DNA of 64,000 bases from Okamejei kenojei (lineage: Eukaryota). Of the stretch, positions 24,971 through 36,374 are shown one piece after another; position 1 is the stretch's first letter; each line of letters begins with the position of its first letter. Made by a program: the position numbers and the translations under genes. Where the stretch lies: contig CM069131.1 of NCBI GenBank assembly GCA_035221665.1, positions 106,826,001 to 106,890,000 on the forward strand, in the 5' to 3' direction. The notes under the pieces were generated by a model. It worked only from the letters and a program-made list of their open reading frames with translations. It searched no databases and was not told the DNA's origin.

Positions 24971-26779
24971 TTAAACCTCAATTTCAAGTTCCCTCAATTC
25001 GAATTGACGTAACATTGTCCTAATCTCCTTTTCCTGTAGATCATGGACCTTCCCTGGTCGCATTATCATTATTTTCTGTATTTCCCCTTTCTCTCCCATA
25101 GGCATGACTACAGCCTGCATCTGACTTATACTCCTTGTAATAAGTTCCCTAAAACAAGGGATGCAACAGGGGATAAAGATCAGTCCAGCCTCTGCACATA
25201 GAAACACGAGTCCCGCTGTTCTCCACCATGTTCCTCCGAGGATGGAATCCCACCATCGGGTTCCCATAATCGAATTCCACTTCTGTATTGGAACATGTGC
25301 CAACTTACGGATTCCTTCTGATATGTCCATCACTGCCTGTCCGTTGTCATCGATGTTTAGGCAGCAATTAGAGAGGTTGAATTTTCCGCATATCCCTCCT
25401 TCTTCTGCCAGGAGGTAATCTAGGGCCAACCGGTTCTGGTATATTGCTGCTCTCATCTGTGTCTGCTGCTTTGCCAGCATCTCCAGTGCCCCCGCAGTTT
25501 GGTTGGTAATTACCTCCAGTACTGCCTGAAGTCTTATGATCCAGTTTAACATGTATACCGGGGTTCGGTAGCCCCAGGATCCATCCTGTGCCCAAGTGGC
25601 TGGTCCATAGTATGAGATGATTCTTGCGGGTGGCCATTCATCATCTTCCCATTCTCCAATGTCTATTTTCCTCTTCTTCCGATATAGGTCGTCAAATACA
25701 GGTGTTCCTAGCGACCGCCCTTCTTCGGTATTTAACAGGAAAAATCCCGATTGTACCAGTCCAATAAAGCAAGTCCCGCTCCAATTTGTCGGTAACACCG
25801 AGTATGCCTTGTGTCCGCATATCCATAACAGTCCTTCAGGGGCCGGTCCACTAGAGGTAACCTTGTTCCATATGTCTAGCAACACCGGGATTCCTTGATA
25901 AGGGTTGTTTCCTGGTGCAGTTCCATAGTCCTGTCAATTCCATTCCATCGGTCTTCAACCAGATAGTGCAGTTTCGCCCGTCTTTCTTAGTTGGATACCA
26001 TTTAGGCTCCTCTGGCCACCACACTCGGGACTGATTTGGCCACTGGGTGACGATGCGCTGGCAGGGGCTGCTGCCTACTAGGACGGCATCCCTTGCCCAG
26101 GGCCTAGCGATACACTCAGTCCCAACCGGAGCGTCTGTCAGGACCCATGCCTGGGGATCTCGGTCTTGTCCAACTGTCAGGTTCCACTCCATCAGGTCCC
26201 ATACTTCAACAATGGATCCTCTCCACGGCCAACGTGAGCTCATCAGTGGTCCGCCACAGACCCAACAGTTCAGGATTCCAGCTATCCGGAGGGCCAAGTC
26301 CACAAACAGGTTTTTTTCCTCCTTCAGGGATCTCAATCTGCTTCTTTATTTCTTTGTACAGTGTCTGGTGCAATTGAGGCTGAGTAGGTGGGGGAGGGGA
26401 AGGCTTGGTGACCACTACTTTCGTTAACCTTGTTATTACTTCCTCCCTCATTTTGTCTAATGTCCATCTTAAGGCATGGAAAGGGAGACCTAACTGCCCT
26501 GTCCTAGTCATACAAACCCATCTCTCCCCTTTGGGCAGGTAACGTACCAAACCTCCCTACATATCCTCTATTCTCTACCCTATAATACTTCTTTACCCCG
26601 TTCTCACAAATAGTTCTAGTCCTCAGGTTATAGCAAGCATCATTCACATGGAAATAATAAGTAAATAATCTGGTTGTCCACCCTCCGTATCTGATAGGAT
26701 GATAACATTTATCACAGTTATTAATACTTTTTACCATAATTACATGCAGAGCAAACAATACCACAAATGCTCCTTACAT
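24971..26779 (-). pseudogene. env: ERV3/HERV-I-like envelope gene, disrupted (stop at codon 2 and three +1 frameshifts; C-terminal 304 codons open)
   Basis: Hydrophobic signal-like N-terminus, CWVC motif, RKKR furin site, WPPARIISYYGPATWAQDGSWGYRTP, ISD YQNRLALDYLLAEEGG, C-X7-CC and a TM helix. Confidence 0.9.
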
Positions 26780-26841
26780 ACTGCTAGTTATACATTTAAT
26801 TTTTTTTCTAAAAGTTAATGTTAGGGGCTTATTTCCTGGCT

Positions 26842-27215
26842 TCACCATCCATTGTTCCTCTTTATCAGGAGCGGGTGGATCAACGAGTCCGGATTGCGTG
26901 GATCCTCCTTTTTTTCTTTTGTTCGTACTGCTGTTTCGGTTGTCAGTAATACTAGGTACGGGCCGGTCCCCCTGGGCTGGAGTTTCTCCTCCTTCCAATT
27001 CTTGACCAGTACCCAGTCGCCGGCCTTTACAGCATGTATTGGAAAGTCGAGTGGTGGGCTTTGAGCCAATAGTCCTTTAGCTTTTAATTCTGTAAGGGAA
27101 CGAGATACTGCCAGTAAATATTTCCTTAAGAATCCATCACTGCCCTCTATGGTGGGTATTTCTTCTATCTTTCCCAAATAAGGTAACCCAAACACCATTT
27201 CTTAGGGGGACACTG
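26842..27215 (-). pseudogene. pol: ERV integrase C-terminal remnant
   Basis: VFGLPY..GDWVLVKNW..LQPR.TGPYLVLLTTETAV (GPY/F module). Confidence 0.85.
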
Positions 27216-28924
27216 CTAACTTTGCATGGGGTCTCCGTTGCTTTTCTCAAAGCCTTTCTGTTTCCCTACTGCTCCATACATGTGCCAGACTCCATGTACA
27301 TATGCTGCTCTTAAAGCCTAATTTCTACCAATTGAGCTAAGCAAGATTGCAGGCAAGCTTCCAATTTGATTACCTTAAAGTCTAATCCATCCTGATGCAT
27401 CACTTCAAACCCTGCATACTTGCTATTATGATCCCTTTAAACAAGAAACATCCACAAGCAAAACCTTTTTGTCCCCTTCATTCAAAGGCTCTGACTGTAA
27501 AACATTTCTCAGACTTGTGTGTCCTTCTTCCCTCATTATTTTTCTTAATGGCATCACAATTTTAACACACTTCCCAATCTAGTCTGAACTATATCCTGCC
27601 ATTCCCAATATCATCATCATCTGTTCTACTGTCTGAGGTTTGGGAACTTCAATTATCGCTTCAATTTGATCCTGCGCTGTAGCTTTTACTTCTTTAGATG
27701 TTACTCGTCCAAAATATTCTACCTGCTGCTGACAAAACAACAAACTTCTTCCATGATACTTTATGACCTCCTATACCATCTTTTCCAAGATAATTACAAT
27801 GTCTCTCACATTGCTTCTCACTTGTGGAACAAACCAACAAATCATCCACATACTATATCAACACCTTCCAAATCTGCCTACAACATCTGATTAAAATCAT
27901 GGGACTAGTATTTAAATATGTCATATTTCTTAGCCCTCTGCCACATCCTAGCCTAGGTGTATTTAATACCTCTTCTTAATGTTCTTACCATAGCTATGTT
28001 CACCATTATCTTAATATTATTATTATTTCCTGATTACCATACCTGTTCACATCCCCAAAACCTTATCCATTACCTATCTCCTTACTAGCCTTCCTTGACC
28101 TCTTCCTTGAGATCCACCCCTCCCTTGGGGACCCCAGTCCTGTCTGGGCTTATATCCAGATTTATTTCACTCCTGATAGGGCATTTTTTGAAACACTCTC
28201 CCAAATACATTTATTATTGGCATGGAATCTCTGGTCTCTGTTTGGCTCTGTCATAGGACTCACTGTGTGTCGGTGCATCACTTATTTCTGTCAGTTTAGT
28301 GGTTCCTATCACTTTCACCAACAGTGCCTTCAAATCTCCCATAGCCAATAATCGTCCTCCAAAGCCATAATCCATTTCCTGCCCCATCAGGAATATTGGG
28401 TAAGGTATTTCTTAGCCCTCTCAGTTTATGGGTGCCCCAAAGGATAATCTGTGTCTGGCCTGCTCTTATCTTTTTAAAGAGGTCTCATCAATTTATCCCT
28501 CTGCTTCCCACTTTAATCCTTTCTGATCTGCCTTCTTTCTCATTCTAAACTCAATTTCTTACTTCTTAGATAGTTTATCCTCCTTTGCAAATTTATTCAC
28601 CTTCCTTTTAAAATCTTCCACTGACTTCTCGATTCTCATATTTTACCACCACCCCTTCTACCTCGGGGGCAGTCATCACTTTCCCCCCTACCCCCGAGAT
28701 TCTGACTTGTTTTTCACCCAATCCAATTTCTTCTGGTACCTTAGTTCCACTTGATCTCTCCGCTCCCGAATTACCATAAATGCCATATCCTCTCCCTGGG
28801 GTCCTAATTTCAAGTTTACCAGAGGTTCCCGTGTGTATCCCATACACCCCAGGGAGCAGGACCCCCGACTTCCCTATTCTTCCTCCATGAGTGTGTACGA
28901 CTGCACCTCCCGTCGTAGCCTGGG

Positions 28925-30400
28925 TCATTCCCTCTTGAAATGACCCTCCTCGTTACAATAGTAACACCGGGATGGCCCCGTGTACCACCCTCCTGATCCT
29001 TGTTCCTTGTTTTCCCGGGGACCCCAACTTCGGTCCCTCCATTCACCTCTTCTTCGTCGTCTGTCTCTGCCTCTTCCCCTTCCCCGGTCTCCATGAGCAC
29101 CCGGCCTTCTATCACCTTCGTCTCCCTTCTTCTTTACCCCTTGGTGTACTGCCTGCAACATCATTTTTGCCTTTCCCTTCTGTTTTCCCACCTTTCCAAC
29201 TTATCTGTAGCATATAATTCATAATTAACACTTCCATCTTATCACACATTTATCTTGACAGTATCTTCCTTGGGCCACTTCCTCACCAATTTCCTTTCTT
29301 TCTCCTCATTTCTCAGAGTGCTTTCTTCAGATACAGGGAACTTTTTACTTAGCAATTCAACTGCAGTTATCTTACTTATTGTATTATCTTTCTTTGTGCA
29401 CTATATCAATTGGTTGCATCTTAAAAACAGGTAAAATACAACATATTAAAGCAAACCATACAACCTTCACTTTTTCTGTCGAACAGGGGCGATCAAAGGT
29501 GAATACCTCTTTAACTCATGTTTAACTCATTGTCTGCCAACTCCTTTTTTTTTTCTCCCCTGGGCCCCATTAATTTATTACCCTTCTCCAACCAGAATGT
29601 TTATCTAAACAAACCATAAGCTGCTTGTTGTTCAGCAATTAACTTATTTCTAATTTTGTTCAAACCATTCTCCCTACAATTCCCAAATTCCAATTCCTAG
29701 TTTAAATACATACGACTAACAATTTTCCAAATTAACTTTACTGAAAAGAAATCTATAGAAGCCAAGCAACCTACATTTTCCAACTTTCCCCTTTTAAGTT
29801 GCGATGATACAAAGCATTGTCCGTTACCTTACAGCTGTTCGTAACCTCCCCCATTGCTTACAATTTCTTAAAGGAACACACACACCTACCCTTACAGCAT
29901 GTGGCCTACAACAAATAAACTTATCACATATATAAACTTCCTCATTCATACAAAACTGGTTTTTACACACAAATCACATTAGTTCCATTCTTACTTCAAT
30001 GAAATTAAGCAATTTCATATTTTGCACTAACTCCTCATGTACCTGATCAATCTGTATATGAGTTTCTTCTATAGATTGTGTGAAACAACTCAATATTTCT
30101 TTCATGTGCTGATCATTCTTTTTTAACTTTTCGTACTCAAAACATTTGGCACTGTGATTTTCCTTAGATTTTTCTTAGATACTCTGAATATTCTGTACAG
30201 TCCAGTGCCACCAGACTGAACTCCCCCTTATTGGTTCCTTTGGTTAATCAAAATAACATAACTTAATCATAGTCTCCTTATCTTTACCCCCGGGGCTTCC
30301 TTCTCCCCAAGATTGCCACATTCGCCCCAATGGACTATCAGGCGGATTGTGCGGCTCTTCACCAGTGTGAGCCTTGTCCTGTTTCCCCCCGGACTCTTAC
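28925..30400 (-). pseudogene. gag: ERV gag remnants (MA start and NC zinc knuckle, decayed sequence between)
   Basis: IPPDSPLGRMWQSW near 30310-30350; CYYCNEEGHFKRE near 28928-28967. Confidence 0.7.
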
Positions 30401-30688
30401 TTTTCCCGTTCCGGTTATCTTTATCTTATCGGACTATTCCCGTCCAACAGACCCCCGGTCGCCCAGGCAATACTTAATAGTCAGTTTTCTTACCTGGGTC
30501 TTGTGCACAAGAATCGCTCGACCGTCCCTTGTTTATTTATCTGACACTCCCTCTTGCTTCCTGAGTCTTTTGCCCGAATTTCACTCGCTCAAACCGCTGA
30601 TGGCAAGCAAGGAGATCAGAGACTGCTGAAATTAGCAGGGTGCACCTTCCCTTCCTTCTTTTCCTCCACCAAGCAGCCGGGAGTGGCG

Positions 30689-30705
30689 ATCACAGACGAG
30701 CCCCA
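30689..30705 (-). promoter_or_regulatory. Primer-binding site, tRNA-Pro-like
   Basis: TGGGGCTCGTCTGTGAT just inside the 5' LTR versus canonical TGGGGGCTCGTCCGGGAT. Confidence 0.75.
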
Positions 30706-30709
30706 AGTT

Positions 30710-31333
30710 TGTGAGATATGCGATGTGCTCACAATCACTACTCAAAGACTAAATCGTGGAAGCAAGAGATTCTTTATTTTCGAGTCTGCAGAGTCGGGTG
30801 CCTCTCCAAGTTGAGACACACCAATGTCAGAAGGGTAAACCCCCTTTATACACACAATTCTACATCCAACCTCCTCTCCTTTGACCCCTCCAATCAGACA
30901 CTGAGGTGCACAATCTGTAGGTACGTCCCCCCCAGTACCTCCCACATCATACATTGCATGTCCAGACATGTGCATGGTAATGAGCAGTTTCTTGACCAGG
31001 GGTGTGTTGTAATATTCATTTATTTTATTAAGCATGCTCAGTTGTTCATGACCTACCCTAGTTTTACTCAACTTGAACTCTCTCAGTTCTCCTATATCAG
31101 CACTAAAGCTAAGCTATAGTGACAAGGGTCCCATCTATCACTCCATTCTACTGATAGGGATCTATCTACATCACTCCCTTCTACCGCAGTACAATGCTAT
31201 TACTTCTTACTCAAGGATGGGTCTGGTAACTTTTATACACAGCTGTGTCAGAACCCTCTCCCTGGCCTCTATTGGTTTGAATCCTCTTTAAAGCCCCTTA
31301 CAATAGTGGGGTTTAATCACTTTATACCTCATA
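30710..31333 (-). repeat. ERV 5' LTR (624 bp)
   Basis: Direct repeat of 24319-24936 with about ten substitutions and four indels counted by eye. Confidence 0.95.
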
Positions 31334-31904
31334 GGGGGTATGGAGAGAAGGCAGGTACAGGATACTGAGTTGGATGATCAGCCATGATCATGTTGAATGG
31401 CGGTGCAGGCTCGAAGGGCCGAATGGCCTACTCCTGCACCTATTTTCTATGATTACATGACGGATGTCCTCCAGATGGATTGAGCGGCTCCATGCGTCAA
31501 GCCCTATGACCCGGTGACCTTACGTGCAAACCCTCTATAAGAATCTGAAAACTGTAACAGAGGTTGAGGAACAGCTTCTTCCCAACAACCGTCGGACTAT
31601 TGAATACTACCATCTCGAACTAAACTCTGAAATGCCTGAGTTTCATTAGGGACTTTGTTTTTGTTTTGCACTATTTTGGATCTTCTTATTTATTGAACTT
31701 CCTTTTTTTGATGGTTCATTATATTATCTGTTGAGTGTTGTATTTGCAGCCTGTCATGTGCTGCTGTTGTTGCTGCTGCTGCTGGTAAGAATCTAATTGT
31801 TCAGTTTCGGGACATGTGACAATACAATGCTCCTAACCAAAGATAGCTCCTCTTGTATCTTTGCTCCTAACACAATGCTCAATGACCATCAGCAGCGAAG
31901 TCGA

Positions 31905-32415
31905 TTTCCGAAGAAGGGTTTCGGCCCGAAACCTTGCCCTATCTCCTTCGCTGCGTAGATGCTGCTGCACCCGCTGAGTTTTCTCCAGCGAGGGTTACAC
32001 AAAATGCTGGAGAAACTCAGCGGGTGCAGCAGCATCTAAGGAGCGAAGGAGATAGGCGACGTTTCGGGTCGAGACCCTTCTTCAGACTGGTCAGGGATCA
32101 GGGAAACGAGAGATGTAGACGGTGATGTGAGAGATAAAGAACAATGAATGAAAGATATGCAAAAAAGTATTGATGATAAAGGGAACAAGCCATTGTAAGC
32201 TGTTTGTGGTGTGAAAATGAGAAGCTAGTGCGACTAGGGTGGAGGAGGGAGATAGAGATAGAGGGAATGCCAGGGCCCCGAGGGCTGGGGGAGAGGTGGG
32301 AGGGGGAGGAGACAGCAAGGGGTTAACAGAATTGAGAAAATTCAATGTTCAAAATGAGTTTTCTCCAGCATTTTGAAAATGAGTTTTCTCCAGCATTTTG
32401 TGTAACCCTCGATTT
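31905..32415. mobile_element. Penelope-derived repeat cluster abutting the GNPDA2 promoter
   Basis: GCTGGAGAAACTCAGCGGG..GACGTTTCGGGTCGAGACCCTTCTTCAGAC units in both orientations; 31990-32103 nearly identical to 8550-8663. Confidence 0.65.
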
Positions 32416-32571
32416 CAAACCGCCCGCGCAGAGCGGCCGGAGGTGACGTCGCCCCGGACCCGCGCTGCTCGTGGGCAGGAGGTCACGTGACTCGCGGCGT
32501 CTCGTGATCCAGGTGCGGCGGCGGCGGCGGCGGGTGGACGGACGGACGGAGAGAGCGAGGGCGAGGGCCGG
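32416..32571 (+). promoter_or_regulatory. GNPDA2: CpG-island promoter and probable non-coding exon 1 of GNPDA2
   Basis: CpG-dense unique sequence; CRE-like TGACGTC at 32444-32450; GTCACGTGAC at 32482-32491; (GCG)n tract; donor CCGG|GTAAAG after 32571. Confidence 0.7.
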
Positions 32572-33849
32572 GTAAAGGTGCGTCACGGGGAGAGAGGAGA
32601 CACACACACACACTGACTGAGGGGGGAGACCCGGGTTAGAGAGAGAGGGAGGAGAAGCGGCGGCACCATCGCCACCATGTTGGTGGAGGGGAGGGGAGGC
32701 GAGAGAGGGTGAGGGAGAGGGAAGGTGTGGCGAGGAAAGGGGCTGCGGGCAGTAAAAGTGGGAGTCGGGGGGCTCCAGTGGCTGATCGGGGGTGGGGTAA
32801 GGACGGGATGGGAAGGGGGTGAGGGAAGGTGATGTTGGCAGCAGCTGGTGAATGAGACACGGGGGCCACGGGCTATTGTAATGGGGGGGGGGGGGGGGGC
32901 TGCTGTACTGGCCCAAGGTAGGGGAGTTGTCGAGGTCATTTCCACCCAGATTCGTCACCTTGCGTGGAACAAATTGCCGTACTGAGGAGCGATGAGGTAT
33001 TCCTGACCTTATTTATACGCCCCGCACTCACCGCATAGAAAGGAGCAAACCTGGGGCTGCCTTTTGCTGTGGTCTGCTGTAATTGTGGCACTTGCAAAGT
33101 GTCCGAGACCGGTAATGTGTGTTGTGAGCAGGTTGCAGAGAAGCTTCAGGGAGATGTAGAGGGGCATGTGAGGGCATGGCAGATGGAATACAATGGACAG
33201 GTTACTCTTGGCTAGGTTGTTCGAACCAGGGGCTTCAACATAAAGAGTTGGTCATCTAGGTCTGAGATCTGAGAAATCTCTTCACCTAGAGGGTAGGGAA
33301 TCTGAAAATTTCAGTATTGAAGAGGGATATAGAATCTTGATTACTGACCATGTTGAAAACACATTTTTTGGATATTATCTATCACATTGGATACCCACGG
33401 ACTATCTTTAATTGGATTCTACTGGACTATCTTATACTATACATTATTATGTAACTTTATCCTGTATCAGTACACTGGACAGCTCGATTGTAATCGTGTA
33501 TAGTCTTTCTGCTAACTGGATAGCATACAACAAAAAGCTTTTCATTATACTTCATTACATGTGACAATAAACAAAATTAAAGGCATGGATTTGGCACCAT
33601 AAAGTGGCACTGAACTTAAAATAAACATCCTATCCACCACATTCAAAGATTTGTGCTTAGATAGAAGAATAACCATGATTTTAATGAGGAGCAAAAGTGT
33701 TGTGGCCCTTGGAACGTGTTCTGAAGCTGTGGAACTTGAAAGTTTGGCCTAAAAAATCCCTACGGGTTCTTGCACCTTGTAGCACGTGTAACAGTGTGAC
33801 TATAGGACAAGGGTGTAACTTTTACAAGATCTAACCATCGAGTGTGCAT

Positions 33850-34340
33850 GTTCAAGAGAGAGAGTTCAAGAGAGTTTTATTGTCATGTGTCCCTGATAGG
33901 ACAATGAAATTCTTGCTTTGCTTTAGCACACCAGAACATAGTAGGCACAAATACCGAACAGATCAGTGTGTCCATATACCATTGCATAAATATATACACA
34001 CATGAATAATTAAACTGATAAAGTGCAAATAAACAGATTATTGGCTATTAATGTTCAGAGTTTTGTCGGAGCCTGATGGCTGTGGGGAAGCAGCTGTTCC
34101 TGAACCTGGTTGTTGCAGTCTTCAGGCTCTTGTACCTTCTACCTGAAGGTAGTGGAGAGATGAGTGTGTGGCCAGGGTGGTGTGGGTCCTTGATGATGCT
34201 GCCAGCCTTTTTGAGGCAGCGACTGCGATAGATCTCCTCGGTGGAAGGGAGGTCAGAGCCGATGATGGACTGGGCAGTGTTTACCACTTTTTGTAGTCTT
34301 TTCTGCTCCATGGCGCTCAAGTTTCCGAACCAAGCCACGC
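33850..34340 (-). mobile_element. Rex-Babar/L2-like LINE 3' fragment
   Basis: IIKDPHHPGHTLISPLPSGRRYKSLKTATTRFRNS. Confidence 0.75.
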
Positions 34341-34933
34341 TTTGTATATTCAAGGGAAAGATGCTGGGAAAAGACTTTTACCTGTGGCTAGTTTTCAGAA
34401 AACAATTTACTGTTCAATCACTTTTTGGAAATGTATCTGTTCAGTGATTTGGTTAACTTAACCCAAAATAACATGGGGATGTGGTTGTAATTTGTAATGT
34501 AATGGATTTGGTGCATTTAAAGAGTTTTGCCTGATATTTTACAGTAATTACATAGTGAAGGGTAGAGGAAGAAATGGAGTGTGGCAAAATTCTATTCCCA
34601 CTTCCTCTACATCAAAGCTCAATCAATTATTTTGATCTTCCTAAATGCTTTACTCCATTTTTAAATAATATATTCAAGTGATTAGTTATAGATGTCAAGA
34701 AGATGTCCCCAGATGGTGCAAGATACTCGAGAGCTTTGGGATACAAATAATCGAAATTCAGTTTCATAATTATTGCCACCAATAGGGATCAGCCCTAGTT
34801 TCTGCAAGACCCTTATGTAATATATAAACTTACTTCAATAAACTTCCACCTTTAATCACTTGTATGTAATATTCTACCAAATAGTTACACTGAAAAATAA
34901 TTTGGCCAGATTATATTGGTGTTAATGTGCTCT

Positions 34934-36374
34934 CATCAGCATCGTCATCATCGGCGGTCACTCGAAACGAGTATGACTGTCCTCTCCATAGGGTCGTCTA
35001 CTTGTGTGTCTGTAGAGGCTGATCCGCGATCCACACACCTTGGTGCAATGTGGGCAGTGGAGACTGGTGGTGGTTGGTAGTCGTCAAGCCCCCTTCTCTC
35101 TCTCCCCTTACGGTGCTGTCGCTTTGTCTCTGCGACACGGCGTAGTTCCATTTTGTGACGTCCAGCTCCTTCTTGCACGGATTTCCTGCTATTGAGGGAG
35201 TGCAGCGTAGGTTTACAAGGTTTAAGTCTCTGGCGTTGAAGACTCCTAGGAGAATAATCTTATCCTCCCTGGGGATTTTAGACAGTGTCTCATCCAAGCA
35301 GACGTAGAAGGTCTCTTTTACTTCCTCTTCAGAGTCTAAAGTAGGGGCATAAGCTCTCACAACTGTTGCCATCTGGTTGTAGGCAAGTACCAGACAGATG
35401 GTCATGAGATGCTCACTGATTCACATAGGAAGTTCAGAGAGGTGGCTGATGAGCTGGTTCCTGATGGCAAACCCAACACCATGGATCCTGGGTTCATTAG
35501 CAGCTTTTCCTTTCCAGAAGAAAGTGTAGCCACCCTTCTCCTCCTTCAGTTGTCCTTCGTCTGCCCGCCGGGTTTCAGAAAGGGAAGCTATGTCAATCCG
35601 GTTTCTTGTCAGTTCTCTTGCAATATCCTCTCCTCTCCGGTCTGTAACTGTTTTCACTATCCATCAATGTGCGCACATTTCATGGTCCAAAGTTCATTTC
35701 ATATTTCTGACCATGTGTGGTGATACCACTGGACGCAGTAATCCAGTCGGTAAGTTTGAGGCAGGCTATTTTTAGGGCACCTTTTCTAGCCCTTTTCCCA
35801 AGTGGGGTGAGCAGAGTGGATCCTAAAGAGGACTGCTCAGTTGTAGGTGCAGCTGCCAAAGGGCTCTTCTGCCTTGTTCCAAAAGTCCAGAGACTGAATC
35901 TAGCACCCACCGCCTGATGTGCCAGCTCATGACTAGGGGCTTCCAGATCTCACAATCTTACCTCCGTCCCCACTTGCTGATCGCCATAGGACTTTATCCA
36001 GGGTGTTAGGGTGAATTCCCTATATGGAGGACACATGTGCATGACTTTGTTTAACGTGGGGCGACTGGTGTACAGACAGCCACGGTTCTTGACAGATCTG
36101 GGTCAGGATCCAGTGGCATGGAGTCCAAGACGACCAGAGACCCTTTTCTGCTGCAGTCTTCATCTGCTTTCTCAGCCGTTGTGACGCTCCTCTGAAGTGT
36201 GCCATCACCCTCCACCTGTTTCGCCATTGAGGTCTTGGTTGGATTGCTCTTTGTCAAAGACCTCCCCCTTGACCTTACCGCCATGGGTGACCCAACAGGA
36301 GCATAGCTCCAGACGGCATCGCTCTCAGGACCACACAAGCTTTTCCACCACGACATGGTGACATCCACGGAGAC
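34934..36374 (-). mobile_element. Internally deleted RTE-clade LINE (5' UTR, AP-endonuclease start and 3' end)
   Basis: IARELTRNRIDIASLSETR, GYTFFWKG, HGVGFAI, AYAPT and IILLGVFNAR motifs; (GAT)n-like tail at about 34934-34951; possible TGCTCT TSD. Confidence 0.8.

Larger units (their letters stand above)
24319..31333 (-). mobile_element. Class I (gamma-like, ERV3/HERV-I-related) endogenous retrovirus, defective provirus, 7015 bp
   Basis: Two LTRs, 4-bp GGGG TSD, PBS, PPT, gag MA and zinc-knuckle remnants, integrase C-terminus and env. Confidence 0.95.
23830..31457 (+). mobile_element. CR1 LINE 3' fragment split by the ERV (23830-24318 plus 31334-31457)
   Basis: LVRPHLEYCIQFWSP ORF; ...ggatcagggg | ERV | gggggtatggagagaagg... 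restores a continuous CR1 3' end. Confidence 0.9.
23444..31535. mobile_element. Copy 2 of the same TIR element, split by a CR1 and an ERV
   Basis: Left part 23444-23830 and right part about 31458-31535 match copy 1; TATA on both flanks. Confidence 0.75.

Noticed and set aside
24327-24974. ORFs duplicated at 30718-31291 that look like a gene pair
   Set aside because: Antisense frames within the two LTRs
32323-32958. 211-aa minus-strand ORF
   Set aside because: GC-rich promoter and intron sequence lacking stops by composition; no recognisable protein
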